From an uncultured virus (IMG/VR IMGVR_UViG_3300032323_000817) (taxonomy: Duplodnaviria; Heunggongvirae; Uroviricota; Caudoviricetes), in the IMG/VR virus record IMGVR_UViG_3300032323_000817: DNA of 20,000 bases; one strand, given 5' to 3'. The first letter of the stretch is position 1, and each line of letters starts with the position of its first letter. Shown piece by piece: positions 8,381 through 15,434 of this stretch. The translations under genes and the position numbers were made by a program. The notes beneath the pieces are model-generated. The model was not told the origin of the DNA. It saw nothing but the letters and a program-made list of their open reading frames with translations, and did no database searches.

Positions 8381-8639
8381 CGAATTCCTTAAGGGGATTC
8401 AAGCACGTGAGAGAGTAGTTAGTCTTAAAAAGATAGTTAAGACTGACAGTATACAGTTATCTTTATATAAAGATTCTATTATTCCTAACTTTAGATTAGC
8501 TCTAGATACAGCTAAAGTAGAGATAGTTCGCTTAGATACAAAGGTTAGATCTCAAGCAGAAACTATTAAAACATTAAAGAATGTTTTGAAAGGTGGATTA
8601 ATTGCTATAGCTTTGTTAACCATAGGGTTAATACTCTAA
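8280..8639 (+). CDS. Exported coiled-coil protein with C-terminal TM helix, spanin-partner-like
   Basis: 119 aa; signal-like N-terminus (MTPFKSLLTLCLILTAQSIYS|Q), heptad-like middle, C-terminal GGLIAIALLTIGLIL. Confidence 0.55.
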   Translation: MTPFKSLLTLCLILTAQSIYSQSLDSLPLKELNNEFLKGIQARERVVSLKKIVKTDSIQLSLYKDSIIPNFRLALDTAKVEIVRLDTKVRSQAETIKTLKNVLKGGLIAIALLTIGLIL

Positions 8640-8644
8640 AGCCT

Positions 8645-9979
8645 ATGATGCCAATATCTAAACAGATTGTCCAGTATTACATGGATAATCCAAATACGAA
8701 TGAGACAGCTATTGAAGTTGCTCTTCGTTTTAACTATCATCCTGAAGAACGTAATCAGTTAAGGGGTAAGCGAGTTCGTGATTTAAAAAGATCAGCTATG
8801 GCCAAACTCCTAAAGGGTGATCCTCTTTACATGCCAAATCCACAATCTGAGATTAATTCTAATACAACTCTAGGAACTTACGACGAAAACTTAGAAAAAG
8901 GTACCTTAGAAGTATCTAAACTAGTATCTGAGCAACCTAGATCTGCAGAAGAGATCATAAGAATTCATAAAATAGATACTACTAAGTGGAAACTTGTTCA
9001 GTATTGGAGTAAAGAAAAAAGCTCAGGGTGGTTAGTATCAGCTTTGTTTGCTCATATTAAACCTGAGGATACTTTTAATGACGACATAGAAGGCATTCTA
9101 AGAGAAGTTTTTCTTGAATCTGACATCACAGTACACCCAACACCTAAAAAGTCTCCTGTAAGCTCTAAAAAGGGCTTATTTGTTTATATGAGTGACAAAC
9201 ATGTAGGTGCGCTTACACATCCTACTGCTCTTTTTGGAAACGAATACAACGAGAATGTCTTTGAAGAGAGAATGAACAGAACATTAGAGGAGATAGAGAA
9301 GCAAGTTAAGATACACGGAAGACTAGAAGACTTATTTATCTGTGACTTAGGTGATTCTTTGGATGGTTGGAATGGCTATACCACTAGAGGTGGTCACCAA
9401 TTACCTCAGAACATGGATAGTAAGGAAGCTTTTATGACTTATCTGTATGCTCATAAGAGATTCTTCGATACTTTAGTCGAAAGAAACTTAACTAATAACA
9501 TTCATGCAGTAATGCAAACCAATGATAACCATGCAGGTTCATTTGGATATATTACTAACCAAGCACTTACTCTTTATTTAAACACAGCTTATCCATTCAT
9601 CAAAGTAACGATAATGGAGAAGTTCTTAGAACATTTTGATTATGGCAAACATACGTTTATCTTCACTCATGGAAAAGATTCTGAAGATCTTAAGCATGGT
9701 CTTCCCCTTTTCTTAACCGAAAAAGCAGAAAACTTCCTCAACAAGTACATTAATCACCACAATTTAGGAGAGAATAAAAATATCTCGATAGTAAAAGGAG
9801 ACTTACATACAGAGAGTATGCAACAAGCATACAAATTTAGATACAGAAATGTATTGTCTATGTATGGTTCTTCTAAGTGGATAATGAATAACTTTGGTCC
9901 AGGATACCCAGGAGTTTCATTTGATTTAGTAGAAAAAGATACGGATTTGATTTATTCGTTTTATATTCGCTTTAAGTAA
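8645..9979 (+). CDS. Calcineurin-like metallophosphoesterase with N-terminal extension
   Basis: 444 aa; ordered motifs SDKHVG, DLGDSLDG, NDNH, THG, GDLH match the five metallophosphoesterase motifs. About 170 aa of N-terminal region of unknown function. Confidence 0.8.
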   Translation: MMPISKQIVQYYMDNPNTNETAIEVALRFNYHPEERNQLRGKRVRDLKRSAMAKLLKGDPLYMPNPQSEINSNTTLGTYDENLEKGTLEVSKLVSEQPRSAEEIIRIHKIDTTKWKLVQYWSKEKSSGWLVSALFAHIKPEDTFNDDIEGILREVFLESDITVHPTPKKSPVSSKKGLFVYMSDKHVGALTHPTALFGNEYNENVFEERMNRTLEEIEKQVKIHGRLEDLFICDLGDSLDGWNGYTTRGGHQLPQNMDSKEAFMTYLYAHKRFFDTLVERNLTNNIHAVMQTNDNHAGSFGYITNQALTLYLNTAYPFIKVTIMEKFLEHFDYGKHTFIFTHGKDSEDLKHGLPLFLTEKAENFLNKYINHHNLGENKNISIVKGDLHTESMQQAYKFRYRNVLSMYGSSKWIMNNFGPGYPGVSFDLVEKDTDLIYSFYIRFK

Positions 9980-9996
9980 AGTTAAATAAAAATAAT

Positions 9997-10227
9997 ATGG
10001 TTACCCTAGCAGATATAGACAAATTAATAAATCAATTTTATTTAGACTCCGAGAAGGACGGAAGAGCAGTAAGACCTAACGTAATACTAATCACAGAGGA
10101 TCAGTTTGAAGAGATACTAAAAGAGATGGGAATAGAAGATGAAGACGACGTAACAATAGAAAGTATCCTAGGAATGGATGTCGTCATAGCAAATGGTTTA
10201 GAGTACCCAAGACTAATAAGACTTTAA
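9997..10227 (+). CDS. Small acidic hypothetical protein
   Basis: 76 aa, A-rich start region, last gene of the + strand block. Confidence 0.7.
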   Translation: MVTLADIDKLINQFYLDSEKDGRAVRPNVILITEDQFEEILKEMGIEDEDDVTIESILGMDVVIANGLEYPRLIRL

Positions 10228-10233
10228 AAGGTT

Positions 10234-11019
10234 TTAAAAAGTAGTAATCTTGTAGTAAATATCCATGTTATATGGATTGGGATTATTGACCGTAATATCT
10301 AAAGAAGGTCCTCCCGTGACACTAAAGCTTAGTTGTCCAAAAGAAGCAGGAGTAGGACTTTGAACGTCTACCCAAAAATTATATCCTAAGGGATTTCCTG
10401 CTAAGAAAGTAACATAAACAACACCAATTTCTTGTTCTCCATTGGCTGCTGAGTTACGCTTAGCGTAGTATTCTAGTTTTAAGAATCCTACATCAGTACC
10501 ACTAGTGTATAAACTAACAGTACTTCCTGTGTTTAGAGTGGCTGTACTAGGAGAACTTCCTCCACCTCCTCCATTAGAGGCAGCAGTTATTCTACCTTGA
10601 GCATCTACAGTAATGTTAGCACTTGTATAAGAGCCTGCAGTTACTGCTGTATTGGCTAGAGAGATGGTTCCACTTGTTGAGATTGTTCCTCCGCTTAATC
10701 CTGTTCCTGCTGTGATAGAGGTAACAGTACCTAAGTACTGATCTCCGCTTACAGGAGTATAACCAAGAGCATCAATAACATCAGTACCTGTAAGGGTAAT
10801 GTTACCTGTCCTTGTATTAAAAGAAGTCACTAACCCACTAGTATTTAGACTTAGAGTTACATCACCTGTACCTATGTCTATTCCAGTCTTAGTAGCAGTG
10901 AGTCCACTACCTACTAAAACCTTAGTCACTAGTGCTTGCCCTGAGACAGTAGTGTTTATATCCACTCTGCCTACAGATGCATTTTCAATAAGGGAACCAC
11001 CAATCTGAGTTCTAGCCAT
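10234..11019 (-). CDS. Virion fibre protein (distal/tip candidate)
   Basis: 261 aa; fibre motifs VTSFNTRTG...ALGYTP, GTVTSITAGTGLSGG and TAGSYTSANITVDAQGRITAA, then a GGGGG linker and a distinct beta-rich C-terminal domain. Confidence 0.7.
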   Translation of the reverse strand: MARTQIGGSLIENASVGRVDINTTVSGQALVTKVLVGSGLTATKTGIDIGTGDVTLSLNTSGLVTSFNTRTGNITLTGTDVIDALGYTPVSGDQYLGTVTSITAGTGLSGGTISTSGTISLANTAVTAGSYTSANITVDAQGRITAASNGGGGGSSPSTATLNTGSTVSLYTSGTDVGFLKLEYYAKRNSAANGEQEIGVVYVTFLAGNPLGYNFWVDVQSPTPASFGQLSFSVTGGPSLDITVNNPNPYNMDIYYKITTF

Positions 11020-11034
11020 ACTTAAAATTTGGTA

Positions 11035-13032
11035 TTAAGGTTTAATATAAGAAACACGAATTTTATCGGTAGAAGTAGGAACAAACAACATAGTAATAGT
11101 AAAGGGAGCTAAACTACCTACAGTATAGTCATTACCTACACCTGGCTCCATCAACACACCATTAAAGTATACATGTTCACTTCCTGCTACTGCAGAACCT
11201 GTTAAGGTAAATACAGTAGCTACACCATTAGGCAAAGGAGAAGGAGTTTCTCTTGTAGCAATGTTTGAGATGTTGATAGTTCCTGAAGGAAGATCAGCAG
11301 TACTCAAAGTTGTTCCAGCAGTAGCTCTACCCTTAGCATCTACGGTAATTTTAGTATAGGTTCCTGCAGTAACTCCAGAGTTAGCCAAAGTCAAAGCAAT
11401 AGAAGTAGTACCTGAACCTGTAGCATCACCTGTAACACTGATAGATTGGTTACCTGTAATGTAGTTAGGAGTCCAGTTTACCCACTTGTTAGTTCCACCA
11501 CCTGTGTAACGAAGCAATTGACCATCAGCAGGAGTTGTAATAGTTACATCACTCAATCCACTCAAAGCACTAATCAAGTTGATTGAAGTGTTAGTAACAC
11601 CTGTTACACGACCTTTAGCATCAACTGTGAATACAGGAACTTGAGTAGCACTACCATAAGTACCTGCTGTTACACCTGAGTTTGCAAGAGTAACTGCAAT
11701 ACCTGTAGCTCCTGTACCTGTAACGTCACCAGACAATGTAATAGTTTGGTTACCTGTCAAGTAAGTGTTAGTATCAAGTGACCATGTGTTAGCAGCGTTC
11801 TTTCTCAAGAAACCTGTAGTACCACTAAGGGTTGCAATTGCACCTAAATCCGCATCATACGCTTGAACATCAGTACCAATAGCAAGACCTAAAGAAGTAC
11901 GAGCAGCAGTAGAATCAGCTGAGCCAATTAAAGTACGACCAAAAGAAGTCAAACTAGCTACACCAGTAGTATCCAACCCTGTGAAGTAGATCATTGTATC
12001 AGGAGCAGTAACTGATCCTGCCAATGCAGTCAAGGTAGCATCTAAAGGTTGTCTAGAGTTTAACTGAGTTTGAATAGCTGAGGTAACACCAGTCAAGTAA
12101 CCTACTTCAGTACCTGTTACAGCACTAACTGCTACTTTACCACTACCATCAGAAACCAAAGCTCTACTTGCAGTCAAGTTAGAAGTAACAATAGTAGAAG
12201 CACCTCCTGTGATAGCTGCTTGTGCTCTAGCATCCAAGTAGTAAAGGTTAGAACCTTCAGCAATATCAGAAGTAGTAGCGCTAGTAGCAGCTGTTGCCCT
12301 ACCGTAAGTATCAAGAGTAACCTTAGTAAAGGTACCTGCACTTACGCCAGTAGTTGCTAAGTCGATATTATCAGCGTTAACAACAATACGAGAACTAGAA
12401 GCTGTTCCTACGTCAAAAGTAAGACCTGTCTTGGTCAAACCTGCTCCTGCAGTATAATCGGCAGCTCCTGAGAACTGAGAGAATACCAAAGAAGTTGTAC
12501 CAGGAGTGATAGGTCCAGGAGTACTTTGTACCCAACCTGTTGCTTGAAGAGTAGTTCCACTTTGTACAAAGTAGAAAGCGTTTACTAGTTCTGTTCCTGT
12601 ATCTGAATCTGCTGAACGAGACCAAGAACCTGAAGCTACATCGTAAACACCATTCTGAGATTGTGTAGATTGGTTCTTAACCAATACACGATCACCTACA
12701 GAAAGAGAAACACCATCAATAGTCTGTGTTCCACTTAAAGTAATGTTTGCTGTAGTAGCTACTCTTACTGCAGTCTTTACGCTCAAACCTTGAGCAACTG
12801 AATCTACGTAAGCTTTAGTAGCTGCATCTGAGTTAGAGGTAGGAGTTCCTACATTGGTTACTTTGAATCCTCCATGAGATTGGTCTGCAGTAAAAGCTAC
12901 ACTCCCATCCTTCTTGACAAAGTTACCACCATCTGCAAGCTTACTACTTGCTATGGCTGCTGATGCATCAATATCACTGTTTACGATACTTAATGCATCT
13001 AGTTGCGACTTTTTAATTTTAGTTAATGCCAT
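11035..13032 (-). CDS. Long virion fibre protein (tail/head fibre)
   Basis: 665 aa; DAATKAYVD...VRVATTANITLSG...GDRVLVKNQ...NGVY domain typical of phage fibres, three GVxAGT(Y/F)...DxxGR repeats, and a C-terminal VYFNGV...DYT domain. Confidence 0.8.
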   Translation of the reverse strand: MALTKIKKSQLDALSIVNSDIDASAAIASSKLADGGNFVKKDGSVAFTADQSHGGFKVTNVGTPTSNSDAATKAYVDSVAQGLSVKTAVRVATTANITLSGTQTIDGVSLSVGDRVLVKNQSTQSQNGVYDVASGSWSRSADSDTGTELVNAFYFVQSGTTLQATGWVQSTPGPITPGTTSLVFSQFSGAADYTAGAGLTKTGLTFDVGTASSSRIVVNADNIDLATTGVSAGTFTKVTLDTYGRATAATSATTSDIAEGSNLYYLDARAQAAITGGASTIVTSNLTASRALVSDGSGKVAVSAVTGTEVGYLTGVTSAIQTQLNSRQPLDATLTALAGSVTAPDTMIYFTGLDTTGVASLTSFGRTLIGSADSTAARTSLGLAIGTDVQAYDADLGAIATLSGTTGFLRKNAANTWSLDTNTYLTGNQTITLSGDVTGTGATGIAVTLANSGVTAGTYGSATQVPVFTVDAKGRVTGVTNTSINLISALSGLSDVTITTPADGQLLRYTGGGTNKWVNWTPNYITGNQSISVTGDATGSGTTSIALTLANSGVTAGTYTKITVDAKGRATAGTTLSTADLPSGTINISNIATRETPSPLPNGVATVFTLTGSAVAGSEHVYFNGVLMEPGVGNDYTVGSLAPFTITMLFVPTSTDKIRVSYIKP

Positions 13033-13067
13033 TGTATTTAGTTATTTGTTATTTAAGTTATTTAGTT

Positions 13068-13754
13068 TTATATTATCTGATACTCTACTATGAGTTGATC
13101 TGAAGGAACAGGGGTGTACACAAGACTTACTTGGCTTACACCTGCTTCTACGTAATCATAACCTACTCCCCTAGTTAACCTTTGTCCGTTTAAGAATACT
13201 CTAGTAGTACCTGCGACAAAGTTAGAACTAGTTGTGAAGTTGGTATTTACTCCGTCCTTAGCTCCTGATAGATTGTAATCGTAATCTATCTTAAAAGCGT
13301 TGAAACTAGGACTCCAGTTCTCCCATTGACCAGTAGCTGAGTTAAACCTAAGCAACTGTCCATTAGAAGGTGTAGGAGTTGTTACATCTGTTAGTTGGTC
13401 TAAGTTAGATGGCGGGGTAAAACCTAAGGCACTAGTAACATCTGAAGAGTTAAGAGTAACTGCTCCTGTTCTTGTGTTAAAAGAGCTTACTCCTCCCCCT
13501 CCTGTACTTACTGTCTTCCAAGTATTATCATCTGCTAAGAACTTAGTTCCTCCTCCTGTTGCACCTGTTCCTAGTCTATTGACGTTAATTATCCCTACAG
13601 TAATGTATCCTGCATCAAATAAACGATAAGCTAAGGGCCCATTTCCACTAACAGGAGTAGCAAACACATACCCAGGAGGTAAATATACTATTCCACCAAT
13701 AGGGTTTTGCGTATATACTAGTAACTCTGCTTGGGTTAATGGATTATTCGGCAT
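13068..13754 (-). CDS. Virion fibre protein (proximal candidate)
   Basis: 228 aa; KFLADDNTW motif, VSSFNTRTG...ALGFTP, LTDV...GQLLRFN...W and a C-terminal VFLNGQ...DY domain. Confidence 0.7.
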   Translation of the reverse strand: MPNNPLTQAELLVYTQNPIGGIVYLPPGYVFATPVSGNGPLAYRLFDAGYITVGIINVNRLGTGATGGGTKFLADDNTWKTVSTGGGGVSSFNTRTGAVTLNSSDVTSALGFTPPSNLDQLTDVTTPTPSNGQLLRFNSATGQWENWSPSFNAFKIDYDYNLSGAKDGVNTNFTTSSNFVAGTTRVFLNGQRLTRGVGYDYVEAGVSQVSLVYTPVPSDQLIVEYQII

Positions 13755-13796
13755 CAGGTATAGAAGGTACAGACTACTGCACAGTAATTGTTATTA

Positions 13797-13804
13797 CAAA
13801 TATA
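13797..13804 (-). promoter_or_regulatory. Bacteroidota -7 promoter box driving the - strand fibre cassette
   Basis: Minus strand reads TATATTTG (TAnnTTTG) just downstream of a terminator and about 43 nt upstream of the 13754 ATG. The -33 position reads TTT rather than TTG. Confidence 0.6.
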
Positions 13805-13811
13805 ATAGATT

Positions 13812-13847
13812 AAAAAAATAAAGAAAGGGGAACTTTCGATTCCCCTT
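13812..13847 (-). terminator. Rho-independent terminator ending the replication operon
   Basis: Minus strand AAGGGGAA-TCGAAAG-TTCCCCTT (13847-13825) followed by TCTTTATTTTTTT. Confidence 0.85.
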
Positions 13848-13857
13848 CCCTGGTTGG

Positions 13858-13912
13858 TAAAATAACTAAAATAACTAAAAACTAAAACTATAAACTAAAT
13901 AAACTAAAACTA
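13858..13912. repeat. Short imperfect tandem array, 7 x AACTA (TAGTT on the transcribed strand)
   Basis: AACTA starts at 13864, 13873, 13880, 13886, 13893, 13902 and 13908, with 1-4 nt A/T spacers. Confidence 0.9.
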
Positions 13913-14236
13913 TTAGATCGCCTGTGGTCCACCTGTCAAGTTAAAGAAAGCAAGAATCTCTTCTTTTACTTTCAACTCAACTACGATGGGCTCACTTGTG
14001 ATTTCAAATTTAGTGATTTTTACTGGAACTTTTTGCTTAGTTGCAGGATCAATCTTGTATTGATAATCTACAGGGTTAAGTTTATCAGCACTTCCCTCTA
14101 GTACAACAGCTAAGCCATTGTCTGTAGGGTAGGTCATCAATACTTTGTTAAGGTCAAAAGAGTAACCCTTCTTAACGATGAGTTCCATCTCTTCACCACT
14201 TTCGATTTTTTCTTTTTCTGTGTAATAGAATAACAT
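13913..14236 (-). CDS. Hypothetical protein
   Basis: 107 aa, co-oriented with tight spacing, last gene before the terminator. No family recognised. Confidence 0.75.
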   Translation of the reverse strand: MLFYYTEKEKIESGEEMELIVKKGYSFDLNKVLMTYPTDNGLAVVLEGSADKLNPVDYQYKIDPATKQKVPVKITKFEITSEPIVVELKVKEEILAFFNLTGGPQAI

Positions 14237-14254
14237 ATCTCTTATTTTAACTAA

Positions 14255-14536
14255 TTACCAAGTAAAAGCGATATCGCTATCTCTAACCATGATCTTCTCT
14301 TCACCTTCTATTTCTACTAGTTCAGCAGATTGAAGGTACATAAGATTAACATACACTACGTCTCCTACTGCTACTTCGGTTACGTCTTTTCCTATGGCGT
14401 ATACTTCTAAACGCTTAAGATTTGCTAACTCTCTCATGTTCATTTCTTCTTCCATCTCTGGTGTAAGTTGGATAAGTCTTTCTTCTCTTTTAGGACGATT
14501 GAGTAATACTCTGTGTCCTTTTACTGTGATGCTCAT
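14255..14536 (-). CDS. groES: GroES-like co-chaperonin
   Basis: 93 aa; GHRVLL...EVYAIG...VAVGDVV...VEIEGEEKIMVRDSDI follows the GroES pattern (DRVLV...VVAVG...VKVGDxV...DGEEYLIxxExDI). Confidence 0.75.
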   Translation of the reverse strand: MSITVKGHRVLLNRPKREERLIQLTPEMEEEMNMRELANLKRLEVYAIGKDVTEVAVGDVVYVNLMYLQSAELVEIEGEEKIMVRDSDIAFTW

Positions 14537-14547
14537 ATTTTTTCTTT

Positions 14548-14988
14548 TTAATTTAGTTCTGCTTTAATTACATCTAGACCTGCAGCAATCAGAAGCTCTA
14601 AGCCTGATCTGTCCCTGTAGTCTTCGATGTATACAAATGTAACAATTCCACTTTGAATTATCAACTTAGCGCAATGCACACAGCATGCATGAGTACAGTA
14701 CATAGTTGCGTCTTCTGTACTGATAGGACTCTTGCATGCCTTAGTGATTGCATTAGATTCTGCGTGTAGTACGTATTCAAAGGTTACATTGTTTGATTCA
14801 CAAACATTTGGAAATCCAGATGGAGTTCCATTATACCCGAAGGAAATGATGTTACCATTCTTAACGATTAAGGCTCCTACTTGGAGTCTTTCACAATAGG
14901 ACTCTTCAGCAATTCTTTTAGTTAAATCTAAGTAAAGCAATGCTTTATCTCCTACTGCTGCGTTGTAAATGATTGGTATCTTATGCAT
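14548..14988 (-). CDS. dCMP deaminase (Zn-dependent cytidine deaminase fold)
   Basis: 146 aa; SYC.RLQVGA, GYNGTPSG..N.C, HAESNAI and CCVHC (in place of PCxxC), LIIQSGI. Confidence 0.9.
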   Translation of the reverse strand: MHKIPIIYNAAVGDKALLYLDLTKRIAEESYCERLQVGALIVKNGNIISFGYNGTPSGFPNVCESNNVTFEYVLHAESNAITKACKSPISTEDATMYCTHACCVHCAKLIIQSGIVTFVYIEDYRDRSGLELLIAAGLDVIKAELN

Positions 14989-14989
14989 A

Positions 14990-15424
14990 CTATGGTTTTA
15001 AACTTTCTTCAAATCTATAAATTTCTTTTGTAATATCCACTACTACTCCGTTAAAGTTTATGTCTTTATGTAATAGTAGTTTATAATCCTCAGAGAATTC
15101 ATCGAATCTATTCTGTTTAAACATCTCTAGATCCCTGTGATAAATCTTGTTAGGCTTGAATACATACATAATTCTCTCGTCTACTTCATAGTAGTCAAAG
15201 AAAGAATCAAAGCTAGTAATCTTTTCTTCAAAGGCTCTGAAAGCACTACTCTCTACAGGTTCAAACAGAAAAAACAAACAGTTAGAATGCTTAGACTTAA
15301 AACCGTAGTCGTCTAGATAAACATTAATTAAACCAAAATTATACAAAAGTCTAGCAGCTTGGGCCCCTGAAGTAAATATCAGGGGACTCATAAACTTAGT
15401 AGTATTGTTAGTGTTCTCGTTCAC
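14990..15424 (-). CDS. Hypothetical phage protein (probable GTG start at 15424, 144 aa)
   Basis: Same frame as track ORF 14990..15520. The GTG at 15424-15422 lies 10 nt after the upstream stop and avoids an 86-nt overlap. Start uncertain. Confidence 0.65.
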   Translation of the reverse strand: MNENTNNTTKFMSPLIFTSGAQAARLLYNFGLINVYLDDYGFKSKHSNCLFFLFEPVESSAFRAFEEKITSFDSFFDYYEVDERIMYVFKPNKIYHRDLEMFKQNRFDEFSEDYKLLLHKDINFNGVVVDITKEIYRFEESLKP

Positions 15425-15434
15425 TCCTATGTAA

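Noticed and set aside
10799..12625. ORFs 10799-11008 (+) and 12413-12625 (-)
   Set aside because: Nested in fibre genes (antisense or alternative frame) with no supporting signals.
13858..13912. CRISPR or mini-array interpretation of the AACTA repeats
   Set aside because: Units are 5 nt with 1-4 nt spacers; there is no repeat-spacer architecture.
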